A DNA stretch of 64,000 nucleotides from a candidate division WWE3 bacterium RIFOXYC1_FULL_40_10 (GCA_001773215.1 MEWB01000001.1:242488-306487); one strand, 5' to 3'. Shown: positions 35,927-46,200, numbered from the stretch's first letter. Numbers and translations are program-made. Notes: generated from the letters alone by a model not told the origin.

Positions 35927-36964
35927 CTAACTTTCTAAGTCTTCATAATCCATTCCGGCTGCTTTTAAAGCCTGATTTAGAGTAATCTTGGCTATTTTCC
36001 GAGCAGCCCTTGTACCTGATTCCAAAATCGTACCCATATTTTCTCTGAGAGCAAGTTGCCTCCTAATTCTGATAGGCGTAAGGAAAATTTCCAGAGTTTC
36101 GATAAGGTACTTTTTTACCTCAACATCCCCGACAGTGCCTTTTTGATACCTGCGCTTGTATTCGTCGATTTTTCGCTTGTCTTTGCCGAATGCATCGAGA
36201 TAAATAAACACCGGGTTGCCTTCAACTGTCCCGGGAATATCTGGACGGATACGCTTGGGATCCGTGAACATCGACATTACCTTGCGTCGTACCTCCTCGG
36301 GTGAGTCGCTGAGCATAATGGCATTACCCAAGGATTTCGACATCTTTGTCTGTCCATCGGTACCCACTAGTCTCCCGATTTCTCCGACGGACGCTCTGCA
36401 TTCAGTAAAGACTTTGTTGTTGTATGTTCGATTGAACGCACGAGCAATTCTATTCGTTGCTTCAAGATGTGGGACTTGATCTTCACCAACCGGAACCAGG
36501 AGTTTCTCGGAACGGGGATCTCCATTAGGGAAAGACATCATGAGAATATCAGCCGCTTGGGAAACCGGATAATCGAAAAATCCCAGAGTTGCAGCATGCT
36601 TAAGTGTAGCCAGCTCGGCCTTGACTGTTGGGTTTTGATCGATCCAACTTTTTGGCGTTACCATGCTCAGTAGCGTGTACAACTGATTTAGCTCCGGTAC
36701 CTTGCTTTGGAGTACGAAATGGACGTTTCTTTTATGAGGATTAAGTCCTACCGACATCCAGTCTAAAACCACGTCCCGTACCGATCTTCGAATTAGTGAG
36801 GGATCTTCAGCATGGGTTGTCATCGCTTGATAATCGGCGATCAAGAAGAAACACTCGTTGTTCCTTTGAAGTGGAACCCATTGCTGTAAAGCTCCAACGT
36901 AGTGGCCTAAATGCAGTGGTCCTGTAGGTCTAATTCCCGTAAGTATGCGATTTTTCATGATCAC
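35927..36964 (-). CDS. trpS: Tryptophanyl-tRNA synthetase
   Basis: 345 aa; HIGH-type GPLHLGHY and KMSKS motifs; adjacent tRNA-Trp. Confidence 0.9.
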   Translation of the reverse strand: MIMKNRILTGIRPTGPLHLGHYVGALQQWVPLQRNNECFFLIADYQAMTTHAEDPSLIRRSVRDVVLDWMSVGLNPHKRNVHFVLQSKVPELNQLYTLLSMVTPKSWIDQNPTVKAELATLKHAATLGFFDYPVSQAADILMMSFPNGDPRSEKLLVPVGEDQVPHLEATNRIARAFNRTYNNKVFTECRASVGEIGRLVGTDGQTKMSKSLGNAIMLSDSPEEVRRKVMSMFTDPKRIRPDIPGTVEGNPVFIYLDAFGKDKRKIDEYKRRYQKGTVGDVEVKKYLIETLEIFLTPIRIRRQLALRENMGTILESGTRAARKIAKITLNQALKAAGMDYEDLES

Positions 36965-37052
36965 TATTCTCCTTTATTATTAGTTTTTAAGGTACAAAAA
37001 AAAGTAGTGCGCAGTGAATTTTCACATACAGCACTACTTTTTAATCTAACAG

Positions 37053-37124
37053 CACCGGCGAGGAGACTCGAACTCCTGTCAATGATTTTGGAGACCATCG
37101 TTCTAGCCACTGAACTACACCGGC
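37053..37124 (-). tRNA. tRNA-Trp (CCA anticodon); acceptor stem with two G-U pairs, 4-nt variable loop, CCA not encoded
   Basis: Reverse complement GCCGGTGTAGTTCAGTGGCTAGAACGATGGTCTCCAAAATCATTGACAGGAGTTCGAGTCTCCTCGCCGGTG; anticodon loop CTCCAAA. Confidence 0.75.
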
Positions 37125-37341
37125 ATTGCTGTACGTGTGAGGGACTGATTACTAGAGGAAAAATGAGTAATCATAAATAGCTACTCCCACCGTTTTTATA
37201 TGTGATCAGAGTAACAGACAACCTATAAAAAAGCAATAGTTATTTGATCTTATCAACTCAAATTATTTTTGAGGAAAGTTCTTCGTTCTGTCACTAACAA
37301 AAAAACTGCCAATGAAACCTGTAGGTCTGCTTGCCAGTTTT

Positions 37342-37418
37342 CTGGTCGGGGTGACAGGACTCGAACCTGCGACCTCACGGTCCCAAACCGCGCGCTCTAG
37401 CCAACTGAGCTACACCCC
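37342..37418 (-). tRNA. tRNA-Pro (TGG), CCA encoded
   Basis: Reverse complement CGGGGTGTAGCTCAGTTGGCTAGAGCGCGCGGTTTGGGACCGTGAGGTCGCAGGTTCGAGTCCTGTCACCCCGACCA. Confidence 0.85.
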
Positions 37419-37457
37419 GAAGAGGGATCGTACCCGATCCCGAAGAACTGCCAAATT

Positions 37458-38114
37458 CTACCATGCTTCACTATTAAGCACTAATCCCAATATTTCCCTA
37501 TGAATTTCTTCAATTTTTCCATTTGCATTAACTATTTTCCAGCCGTAAATATGTGCCAACTCCTGGTGTATTTCTCTATTCCTCTGCCACACTTCTTGTG
37601 ATCTAAACATATGAATTTGTCTAATTTCCTCCCACTTATCGCTATTCTTACCTTCGTTTCGGTGAAATTTTTCTGCACTTTGACTAAACCGCCCTCCGTC
37701 TAACAAGATTGCAATATCAGGGTTTATTAGCCCCTTATTAATCTTTTCCAATTCCTTTCGTTGCAAACCTCGGGTCATACCCCAGGCGATGCCTGTTCCG
37801 GTATAGTCCTCACTTATTACGTTTATGCCGGCTTTTAAGACCTCCACAAGAGTTGGTTGAAAATCTTTTCTATTTTGTGCATATAGCTTTTGAAGCGATA
37901 ATTCATCAGTCATTTTATGAGTATTAAGTGTTTCCTGGCTTTCGGTTCTGATAATCGAATTAATTAGCGGACCAGTAGGTTTTAAACTATATATGGGGTA
38001 TTTGACTAACAAAACATCCTTTTTGTTTTGATATAAAGCCTGGGCTAGTAACCTTATTTGAGTAGACTTGCCCAGGTTATTCGATCCGTAGAGTGTGATT
38101 AGTTTTCCCTTCAT
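37458..38114 (-). CDS. P-loop nucleoside monophosphate kinase of the thymidylate kinase family
   Basis: 218 aa; Walker A LYGSNNLGKSTQ; DY..TG..AWG block resembling Tmk DRY region. Confidence 0.55.
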   Translation of the reverse strand: MKGKLITLYGSNNLGKSTQIRLLAQALYQNKKDVLLVKYPIYSLKPTGPLINSIIRTESQETLNTHKMTDELSLQKLYAQNRKDFQPTLVEVLKAGINVISEDYTGTGIAWGMTRGLQRKELEKINKGLINPDIAILLDGGRFSQSAEKFHRNEGKNSDKWEEIRQIHMFRSQEVWQRNREIHQELAHIYGWKIVNANGKIEEIHREILGLVLNSEAW

Positions 38115-38117
38115 ACA

Positions 38118-38891
38118 CTAGAGCTCGGGCACAAGTAAATTAGAGATAGCATTAAATTCAGGTGACTCATATGTCCATCTTTTGTTGTGTTTCATATCTA
38201 TGAGATGTACTTTGAAAGTGTAAGAACATTCCTGATCTTTGGTACACTCAACAGCTGTTTCGTCTTTTTTGTCTATATCTCTAGAAAACTCAGTGATTGC
38301 AAATAAATCATTTTCTAAAAACCAAGCTCTGTCAAACACGCAATTAGCTCGGAGCGAACAATCCAATATTCTGGAATCTATGATTTTATCATCCAACTGG
38401 CCGTATACTCTGGCCTCGTTTTGCAAATAACCAGCTCGCTCGGTGCTTCTGATGTCAATTAAAAGTCTTTTACTTGGCGAGAGAACTAGAAATTTTGTTT
38501 CCTCCAGCTCGGAAAATGTTCTTTCATAATTCTCCTTTTCTACAGGATCATCTGCAGAATAAATTTTTATCCATTTTGTGTTATATATTTCGTTTTCTTC
38601 TTTAAGTGTAAATTCATCGGCTTTAATATCTTCAAAGCCCTTATTTTTTATATTGGTTATCCACCTCTGAAATCCCCTACTCTCTTCCAATTTTTGAGGT
38701 ATTTTGGAGTTGTCTACACTTCTCTGTTCTACAAAGTTAGAGGCCGCAACCATGCCGATAATTACTATCAAAGAAGATAGCAAAATAACACTTTTTATCT
38801 TTGAAGTGGCGGGTATCATAACTATTCCATGATATGACAAATTATCTGCTAACACAATTGAGTTGCCCTTTAATGTTTTTTTTGAGACCAT
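38118..38891 (-). CDS. Membrane-anchored hypothetical protein (258 aa; start moved to MVSKKT)
   Basis: ORF 38118..39089 has implausible 66-aa Arg/Trp-rich leader overlapping divergent gene; internal ATG followed by TM helix. Confidence 0.5.
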   Translation of the reverse strand: MVSKKTLKGNSIVLADNLSYHGIVMIPATSKIKSVILLSSLIVIIGMVAASNFVEQRSVDNSKIPQKLEESRGFQRWITNIKNKGFEDIKADEFTLKEENEIYNTKWIKIYSADDPVEKENYERTFSELEETKFLVLSPSKRLLIDIRSTERAGYLQNEARVYGQLDDKIIDSRILDCSLRANCVFDRAWFLENDLFAITEFSRDIDKKDETAVECTKDQECSYTFKVHLIDMKHNKRWTYESPEFNAISNLLVPEL

Positions 38892-38897
38892 ATATAT

Positions 38898-40508
38898 ATG
38901 CAGCCGCAAATTCCTGTCCCAAATATTACGCCCCCAAAGACCCCTCCTATAGAACCTGTGCCAGAGGTAGTTCCGAGTATTGATCTTAAGACCCTTAGGG
39001 AAGAAAATGCAAAAGTTGATACTCCACTCCCGGATAAACCGGTAATGGCGGGGAACTCGGCAGTTGTTCCTGATATGGCAAAGATACAAGCTAGTATACC
39101 TCCTTCTTTTTCCGCTCCTGTCCCGCCGCGAACAGGTGGCCTTGCAAAGGCTTTATCCTTCATACTCGTTTCATTGCTTTTGATATTAGTAGCGGCTGGA
39201 GCCGGATTTTCGGCCTTAGTTTCGTACGATGTTATTAATTTAGACAACGAAAAACTGCAAAACCAAATCTCGGGAATTTTCTTTAAAGTCCCACTCTTTC
39301 CTAAATCAGCAAAGTACGTTTTAAACACATTTATCTTGGCTCAGAGTACAGTTACCAAGCCAGATCTTGAAGTTATTTTAAAGGTTGATGATTTAACAGG
39401 CTTGATAGGAGGATTGCCCGAGGATCTGTATTCAGCTAAAAAAGTCATACTCAAGGGTTCTGTGGATTTTAGCGATAGATCAAATCCTAAGTTTAAGTTT
39501 GATACTCAAGTGGATGGTGCGGTAAAGGGAGAGTTGTTTCTAGCTGATAGAGCTTTATTAGGGAGGCTAACTGAGATGGATAGTTGGGTGTATGATTATC
39601 TCGAAATTTCTGATGAAAACCAAAACTTTTTCCTAAACAAATGGGTGTTGTTTCCAGAGGCGGGCGAGGCACTCTCACAGGATACGAATTTCTTAGAAAA
39701 ACTTTCTGAGATCGGTAGAACCCGAAAGGATAAAATGAGTCTAACGACAAATGAAGATTCGTATAGAATCGCTATTTCCCTCGACGATAAAGATATTTCC
39801 GATCTTTCCATTACATCATCCGCTATCCAGCCAAAAAGTGTACTTTTGGAATTACTTATTGATAAAAATACCTATTACCTGAAAAAATTGGGTGTTGTAT
39901 CTTTATGCGAAGTCACTTTGGATCCAAAAAAATATGGCATTAATATCAGCCAGGACCAAGTCGCGACAGAACTTACCTTTGATTTATCAATAACACAGAA
40001 TAATCCCAATTCCGAAACCGGAGTTGGAGAAATTCCCCAGTATATCTCTAAGGAGGAATATCTATCTTCAATCCTGCCACACATGGGTATAATTTCTGTT
40101 GAATTAGACACCACAAAATTTGTAGAAGCCTCCTACCGAATGGAAGTTCTTAAGAAAGAATTACTTGCGTATTATGAGACTAACAAAAGCTTTCCCAACA
40201 ATCTCAGCTTACTAGAGGGGCTTGAGTCCGGTTTCATTTTTGCCGATGTATTTTATTCAAAATCGTCGAATGAAAAAGCCATACTAATTAACGAGGTTCC
40301 AATTCCCGAAGGCTATTTGCAAGGTGAGGACGCTAAAATTGCACAGCTCAAACCATACTTTTCATACGTGTTTCAAGGATCATTGGTGCCCTCACAGGTT
40401 CTGTACTCAGTTGATGAATTGGCCGCTATCTATGGAAGCGAGAAAGAAACTACACCTTCAGTTAAGAGTCCGGCGGCCGATTCGCCCTTTGGAGGCCTGC
40501 TAAATTGA
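38898..40508 (+). CDS. Membrane-anchored hypothetical protein with Pro-rich N-terminal region (536 aa)
   Basis: ORF track; Pro-rich 100 aa, one TM, large extracytoplasmic part. Confidence 0.5.
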   Translation: MQPQIPVPNITPPKTPPIEPVPEVVPSIDLKTLREENAKVDTPLPDKPVMAGNSAVVPDMAKIQASIPPSFSAPVPPRTGGLAKALSFILVSLLLILVAAGAGFSALVSYDVINLDNEKLQNQISGIFFKVPLFPKSAKYVLNTFILAQSTVTKPDLEVILKVDDLTGLIGGLPEDLYSAKKVILKGSVDFSDRSNPKFKFDTQVDGAVKGELFLADRALLGRLTEMDSWVYDYLEISDENQNFFLNKWVLFPEAGEALSQDTNFLEKLSEIGRTRKDKMSLTTNEDSYRIAISLDDKDISDLSITSSAIQPKSVLLELLIDKNTYYLKKLGVVSLCEVTLDPKKYGINISQDQVATELTFDLSITQNNPNSETGVGEIPQYISKEEYLSSILPHMGIISVELDTTKFVEASYRMEVLKKELLAYYETNKSFPNNLSLLEGLESGFIFADVFYSKSSNEKAILINEVPIPEGYLQGEDAKIAQLKPYFSYVFQGSLVPSQVLYSVDELAAIYGSEKETTPSVKSPAADSPFGGLLN

Positions 40509-41230
40509 TTAAATCTGTTTCCAAACTGATTACTGGGATCATTATTTTCGTTGTAGTTATACTCCTTGCGGGGGGTTATCTTGGGATTGTACCGGGCCTA
40601 AGTTCTGTTTTCGGGTCGGATAAACCTAGGGACTTGGGCATTGTTTTCGCACCGGGAGACACCTTGGCGGCTCAGTCGAAAACAGGAGTAAAACTGATGG
40701 CGCTTCCCAAGGAAACCGCAATATCCGAAAGCATAAAATTCGAAGGCAAAAAGGATGTAACTTTCGAAATGACGAGCCAAGAGCTATCAGCACTGGCGAA
40801 TAACAGACCTTGGAAATATTACCCCTTTAGCCAGGTACAGATAAGAGTAAATGCTGATTCCTCAGTCGAGGCGGCAGGTTTGGTAGATATCACTACTTTA
40901 TACTCGTACGTGCAAGCATTAGGTTACGAAGAAAAACTCGTACAGGAAGCCATACAGAAGTTGCCCTACTCTCCCGAGAGCATGCCTTTTTACATAGCAG
41001 GGAAGGGCTTTGTTGTTAACAACGATATAAGCTTGGAGGTTAATAAACTCGAAGTTGGGAGAATAGAAGTGCCTAAGGAATTTGTTTCCGAAGCTAAGGT
41101 GTTGGTAATAGATGCGCTGGAAACATTTATGGACAAGGTCTCAGGTTTCAACGCTGAAAGTATACAGGTATCTGATGGGAAAGTGCACTTCAAAGGAACC
41201 GTTCCGGAAACTGAGGCAACAGTTAATTAG
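40505..41230 (+). CDS. Membrane-anchored hypothetical protein (241 aa, TTG start overlapping upstream stop)
   Basis: N-terminal TM then soluble domain; 4-nt overlap with previous gene. Confidence 0.5.
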   Translation: MIKSVSKLITGIIIFVVVILLAGGYLGIVPGLSSVFGSDKPRDLGIVFAPGDTLAAQSKTGVKLMALPKETAISESIKFEGKKDVTFEMTSQELSALANNRPWKYYPFSQVQIRVNADSSVEAAGLVDITTLYSYVQALGYEEKLVQEAIQKLPYSPESMPFYIAGKGFVVNNDISLEVNKLEVGRIEVPKEFVSEAKVLVIDALETFMDKVSGFNAESIQVSDGKVHFKGTVPETEATVN

Positions 41231-41594
41231 CGGCGTATTTTTCCGCGAGGGATAATATCATTTCCTTGTTAAGTCTAAACTTATGAATATACTCTTGGGC
41301 ACCCATCTGCTTTGATTTGTCTACGTAGCTTTCGTTAAGAATATTAGTAACGATAATAAATGGGATATCCTTAAACTTGGTTTCTTTGATCCGCTCCAAA
41401 AATTCAAAACCATTCTCATAAGGCATATTTAAATCACAAAAGATTAAATCGATTTTATTTGCCTCCAGCACCTCGATTGCACTGCGTGGATTAGGCAATG
41501 TAATAACCTGGTAGTGTTTTTCCTCGAGGTAGGTTTTGAACATCTCTCTAACGTCGGCGACGTCATCAACACAAAGTATCGTTTTAGATTCCAT
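41223..41594 (-). CDS. Single-domain response regulator (CheY-like receiver)
   Basis: 123 aa; acidic pocket DD near N-terminus, phospho-acceptor D in IFCDLNMP, conserved T and K positions. Confidence 0.75.
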   Translation of the reverse strand: MESKTILCVDDVADVREMFKTYLEEKHYQVITLPNPRSAIEVLEANKIDLIFCDLNMPYENGFEFLERIKETKFKDIPFIIVTNILNESYVDKSKQMGAQEYIHKFRLNKEMILSLAEKYAAN

Positions 41595-41751
41595 TTAGTA
41601 ATTATACAGTTAAAAGCGGGAATAAAAAAAGAGGATAGCGCTGGTCGAGCTCAATGCTATAGGGTTGAGTTACTTCGGTAACTATGGTAAAATCAGTGCC
41701 ATTACTATTGGCTATAATCGTCTGTAGGTACATTGAAAAGGAGAATAAAAA

Positions 41752-43566
41752 GTGAAGAAATTACGAAAGTATTTCCTGATCGTTGTTTTTCTTTCCCTGC
41801 TAGTGATTGTGCTTTCAGCTTGTGTGCCCAAAGGGATGTCGGATACTACTGTTACCGGTACCTCAAGTCTCAAGTTTGTTTATCAGCAGATATATAATCA
41901 GTCGATGGAAAGCTGGCGTAGTGTAGCCGTTTGGGGTCCTTTCTGGATCTTCTTGGCTATTTTAGCAACAGGCATTCTTGCTGGTATTTACTTCCAGTCG
42001 CAGAATGATGGCAATTCCCTAGTGTATATCGCGGGTTTTTTCTTCGTGGTCGCATTTTTGGCGGCCTTGATGACGAGGGGCAGTATTATCAAAAAAGCGC
42101 CCCTTGAGGCAGAAAAAGCCGCAACTGCCGGAATGACCGAGGGAGTCGACAAGAAGAAGCAAGAGATCTCGATGAGATACCTCGAGTATCTTAACGCCCC
42201 TTTTGCCCAGACATTGCCTGAAAGTGGCTATGATCCCACTGTTGGATCAAGCTACGTTAAGGTTTGTAAGCCCAAATTGAATGACCGTACCAACTGTTAT
42301 CCTTTTGAGCGCACATACGAGGTGAATGTCCATTGGGATCCGTGTCCCACAGATGATGATGAAGACAAGGAGTGTAAAGATTCCGATACTCAGCACGATC
42401 CGGTGTTTACGCACTTGGTTCGGTACTCCGCCCAGGTCTCTATGTTGCTGGATCGTTTAGCCACACCCGAAACGAGGCTTGTCGCAGTACAAGGTGTCCA
42501 AGACAGGCCGATAGCGTACTTTTCTGGGTGGTCTATACCTCAGTTTTATGACCTGCACTTTTACTCGAAGAAGTACCATAAAGTTGCAGGTGGTTGGACT
42601 GTTGCCCCGCCTGTTGACTGGGTTATGTACAGGCAGATGGAGGAGTTATGGCAGGTAATGGAATTCACGACGCTACACCAATACAGCAATCCATTACTCG
42701 CAACTGCAAATAGCGATTTTATGGCTGATGAAAGTGATTTAGCAAGGTTGGAAGCTGCGAATTTGCTCCTCAAGCCTAGGACTTTGTATAGTCCGGTTGG
42801 TGGAGACTTTCCCGGCTTTTTGGATGATGTGCATTTCTTAGGATCCCTTCAAGTACCTAAGGCTGAGGAGGCAAAGTTTCAAAGATTTGCTCGCCAACCA
42901 AACATGTACTGGGGAAACAAGTTGCACATTGTGAACACGTTTGCCTTTGCTCTTGAAAGCGACATTACTGCTCAGGGTTTGGATATTGATGCCTTGACGT
43001 TCCTGCTTAAGGCTGATATGTACCGAGAGTCTAAGTGGAATCAAGTTGTCAACGGAACAACCCTCTACACGATTATGCAGCAGAACACGGTGCTCACGGT
43101 GTGTGCTGTTCGAGAGACCGCTGAGAGGGGCCGATTTATACCACCTGCTAACTGCAGAGTGGTTGTGGGGTTACCGATTGGGAATGAACTGCTGAAAGAA
43201 GCATTCACTTCGGGACTGGCTGCAGAAATGCAGGATGTTCCGTTTACTGCCGAGGGGTTTTTTGGTAATCCACAGCTTAGTTACTCCCATAAAACAGATG
43301 TTCCCGAGCTGGTATTAACTGGCACGCAAGGGCATCCTATGGGTATGTGGGAAACCTATGCCGCCATGAAGCCGTCGATGAACGACAACTTTGGCTACTT
43401 GGTGGACAAAATTCAGCTTTCAAAAGGGGAGACGCAGGAGGTAATCAACCACGAAGTAAGTTTGCAACAAGACACTATTCGTGGGTACACTCTGTGGCCT
43501 CAACTTCTCTTGTTGGTTTACTTTTTCCTTGGCTTAGCTTTTCTTTTGATGGCTAAAGCTAACTAG
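41752..43566 (+). CDS. Lipoprotein/membrane hypothetical protein (604 aa), high GC
   Basis: Lipobox LSAC; TM segments after signal and at C-terminus; AAGGAGAATAAAAAG SD. Confidence 0.55.
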   Translation: MKKLRKYFLIVVFLSLLVIVLSACVPKGMSDTTVTGTSSLKFVYQQIYNQSMESWRSVAVWGPFWIFLAILATGILAGIYFQSQNDGNSLVYIAGFFFVVAFLAALMTRGSIIKKAPLEAEKAATAGMTEGVDKKKQEISMRYLEYLNAPFAQTLPESGYDPTVGSSYVKVCKPKLNDRTNCYPFERTYEVNVHWDPCPTDDDEDKECKDSDTQHDPVFTHLVRYSAQVSMLLDRLATPETRLVAVQGVQDRPIAYFSGWSIPQFYDLHFYSKKYHKVAGGWTVAPPVDWVMYRQMEELWQVMEFTTLHQYSNPLLATANSDFMADESDLARLEAANLLLKPRTLYSPVGGDFPGFLDDVHFLGSLQVPKAEEAKFQRFARQPNMYWGNKLHIVNTFAFALESDITAQGLDIDALTFLLKADMYRESKWNQVVNGTTLYTIMQQNTVLTVCAVRETAERGRFIPPANCRVVVGLPIGNELLKEAFTSGLAAEMQDVPFTAEGFFGNPQLSYSHKTDVPELVLTGTQGHPMGMWETYAAMKPSMNDNFGYLVDKIQLSKGETQEVINHEVSLQQDTIRGYTLWPQLLLLVYFFLGLAFLLMAKAN

Positions 43567-43597
43567 GTTACAAATCAGAAAACTCAGGAGGATTGTG

Positions 43598-44524
43598 ATG
43601 AAAACTAAGATCTGGAACGTACTTTGTGTGTTGCTTGTTCTGGTGCTGGCGGTGAGTTCATGTGCTCCTAAGCCTCCAAGCCCGCTTGATACATTTTCTG
43701 AAGATTTTCGGGCTTCCTATGTTGTTGCCTCGAAGGTCTACTCTTCTTATGTAGATAAGGAAGTGCAGCGCACCCAGGTATTTGGTCAGATGACCGTTGG
43801 GTTCGATGCAATGCTGGCAAATGTGAAAGACGAAGTGGAGTTTATTAAACTCTGTTTCTCCAATTATGAGAGCTTTTTCACAGGTGTTGCCTTTGCGACT
43901 TTTGGGGAGAATGGGCTTTCGTTGACTGCAGAACAGGAATCGGAAGCGTGGATAAATGCACTGGTGTTGAATCAGACACATCCCGATCTTCCAAAGTGCC
44001 AGGAAAACATCACTTCTGCTGTGATCAAGATGCGAGCAGACCGTGCTACCGTTGTTAACCTGAAGGGCGAGTTGCTTCGGATTAATGCTGCTATTTCAGA
44101 TACTGAGCGAGGTGAGCTTGGTACGGCCTTGGTGATAGAGTTCTATAAAAAGTACTCAGGCGATCTGCGAAATCTTGTTCAAGCTGGCGACAGCCGTTTG
44201 GCAGAGCTTATTCACAGCCAAAATTTGCAAGAGCTGCCGCTAGGGTTTGTAGGATTTCCTACAGACGCCTCGCAGGCCACCACCAGAAACTTGAATATCT
44301 GCAATACGTATCGCGCTGTTTTTGCAGGTGAGGTGCCTCCACCCTATGGTTTTTATAAAGACCAATTTAGGGTAGGCATTGATCCGGCGACATCCGTTTG
44401 CACTTTGTATGCAGCTGCGGCAGATGGTTACATTCGGATGGTATTGACTCCGAGTACATCAGTAGGTGGGCAGCTTGAGGAAGGTTGTACTTCAGCCTTT
44501 GGTTGCGAAGATGAAAACAAATAA
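43598..44524 (+). CDS. Lipoprotein hypothetical (308 aa), high GC
   Basis: Lipobox VSSC; CAGGAGGATTGTG SD. Confidence 0.55.
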   Translation: MKTKIWNVLCVLLVLVLAVSSCAPKPPSPLDTFSEDFRASYVVASKVYSSYVDKEVQRTQVFGQMTVGFDAMLANVKDEVEFIKLCFSNYESFFTGVAFATFGENGLSLTAEQESEAWINALVLNQTHPDLPKCQENITSAVIKMRADRATVVNLKGELLRINAAISDTERGELGTALVIEFYKKYSGDLRNLVQAGDSRLAELIHSQNLQELPLGFVGFPTDASQATTRNLNICNTYRAVFAGEVPPPYGFYKDQFRVGIDPATSVCTLYAAAADGYIRMVLTPSTSVGGQLEEGCTSAFGCEDENK

Positions 44525-44535
44525 AGGAGCCAAAC

Positions 44536-44937
44536 ATGAATAACGTTTCATTATCCTTGCTTGTAGCATTACTCAGTTGGTTGTTGTCGGGGGTATTTCA
44601 CTTCTGCCTTTTGACCTGGATGCCGAATGCGGTCCAGAAGAAGATTACCGAGAAAAATCGCGTGGGCGCAGGGTTCTTTTTCCTTGGTATCACCCTCATG
44701 ATTTTTGCCTATTTGTTCAGTTCTGGGCTTTTGCCTGTAAATTATGGCATCTACCAGCTCGGAACCTCTATTGGCATGGTTTTCGCATTCTTTTCAGGCG
44801 AGTGCACGATGGTGGGTGGGTTGATTGCGCTCCCTGATAAATGGACAAATCCCCTACTGGAATCGAAGAACACCAAGTATGGCATGGCGGTGATTCTAGT
44901 TCTAATGATTCTATTTGCATTTTCTTCGCTGATTTAG
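44536..44937 (+). CDS. Small membrane protein (133 aa)
   Basis: 4 predicted TM; AAGGAGCC SD; ends at terminator. Confidence 0.5.
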   Translation: MNNVSLSLLVALLSWLLSGVFHFCLLTWMPNAVQKKITEKNRVGAGFFFLGITLMIFAYLFSSGLLPVNYGIYQLGTSIGMVFAFFSGECTMVGGLIALPDKWTNPLLESKNTKYGMAVILVLMILFAFSSLI

Positions 44938-44951
44938 TATTTCTCCTCCTT

Positions 44952-44990
44952 GGCCGGGTTACACGATTCTTGTGTTATCCGGCCTTTTTT
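44952..44990 (+). terminator. Rho-independent terminator (GGCCGGGTTACAC...GTGTTATCCGGCC + T6)
   Basis: Imperfect 13-bp stem then TTTTTT; T-run overlaps stop of convergent permease gene. Confidence 0.5.
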
Positions 44991-46200
44991 ACTCGTACCT
45001 TAATGCCTCGATAGGCTGAAGTTTAGATGCCTTTTGGGCAGGGTACCATCCAAACACAAGTCCAATAATAGTCGAGACGCTAAACGCCAACACGATCGAG
45101 GGTAAAGATATAACAGTTGGTAAACTCAGTGCTTTGGTCAAAATTATCGAAACTGCAATTCCTACTGCAACACCTACTCCCCCGCCGCTTACTGTTAGCA
45201 AAATTGCCTCTATTAAAAATTGGGTAATAATTGTTTTTCTTTTTGCTCCTAATGCCTTTCTTATCCCGATTTCTCTGGTTCTTTCGGTAACTGTAACTAG
45301 CATAATATTCATTATTCCAATTCCTCCTACAATCAACGATATGGCAGCAATTCCGGCAAGAAGAGTTGTGAATGTACCTGTAACTTGGCTTACTGTTTCT
45401 AAAATGTCTTCCTGCGAAAGTATAGAAAAGTCAGCCTTATCTGGGCTTTCAATATTGTGCCTTTCTAACAAAAAGTAACCCACTTGGTTCTTGGCTTCAT
45501 CCATCAAACTTTCATCTTTTGCGCTAACATAAATTGAGCTAAGATGGTTTACCCCAAATAGCGATTTCTGGGCTGTTTTCAGGGGAATGTAGACAGTATC
45601 GTCTCCGCCACTTGAACCTTTCTCTTTGGCAATACCTAATACTCTGTAAGTTGTTCCTTTTACTCGGATACTTTTCCCAATTGGGTCCTGGTTGCTAAAT
45701 AGAGATTCCTTTAAACCAAATCCTATTACTGCAACCTTATTTACAAGTAGATTATCTTGTTCAGTAATTTCTGATCCTGTGTCCATTTCTATATTTCTAA
45801 GGCCAAAGTAATTCTCAGTAATTCCTGCAATAGTTAAATTGTCATTTACGCCTTCATATGAAACTTGAGCCCTTCCGGAATATTCGGCTGCGACTTTATC
45901 GATTGTTGAAAAGCGTAGCGATTGTGACATAGAGATGGCGTCTTCACTTGTTAATGTTGTTCCCCCGCTGCTGGAGTCTCTTATGAATCCTCGGGATTCC
46001 GAACCTGGCCTTATGATAAGCAGGTTTGATCCCAAGGATTGAATTCTTTGTTTTACGCTTTGTTGGCTGGCTTGCCCTAGGGTTATTAAGGCAATAACAG
46101 AACCAATGCCAATAACAATTCCCAGCATCGAGAGTGCTGTTCTCATTCGATTGCTTTTAAGTACAGAAATGCTTTCTTCTATTAGTTCAACTATTCTCAT
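44989..46200 (-). CDS. ABC transporter permease, FtsX/MacB family
   Basis: 403 aa; N-terminal TM, large periplasmic domain, C-terminal 3 TM (FtsX-like). Confidence 0.85.
   Translation of the reverse strand: MRIVELIEESISVLKSNRMRTALSMLGIVIGIGSVIALITLGQASQQSVKQRIQSLGSNLLIIRPGSESRGFIRDSSSGGTTLTSEDAISMSQSLRFSTIDKVAAEYSGRAQVSYEGVNDNLTIAGITENYFGLRNIEMDTGSEITEQDNLLVNKVAVIGFGLKESLFSNQDPIGKSIRVKGTTYRVLGIAKEKGSSGGDDTVYIPLKTAQKSLFGVNHLSSIYVSAKDESLMDEAKNQVGYFLLERHNIESPDKADFSILSQEDILETVSQVTGTFTTLLAGIAAISLIVGGIGIMNIMLVTVTERTREIGIRKALGAKRKTIITQFLIEAILLTVSGGGVGVAVGIAVSIILTKALSLPTVISLPSIVLAFSVSTIIGLVFGWYPAQKASKLQPIEALRYE

Noticed and set aside
37131-37340. Possible additional tRNA between tRNA-Trp and tRNA-Pro
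   Set aside because: No acceptor/T-arm pattern (GGTTCGA-type) found in this spacer on either strand.
38892-39089. 66-aa N-terminal extension of the 38118..39089 ORF (MYLCHIRNNCRVPRHY...)
   Set aside because: The Arg/Trp/Cys-rich low-complexity leader overlaps the divergent gene's coding start. An internal ATG followed directly by a TM helix is the more plausible start.
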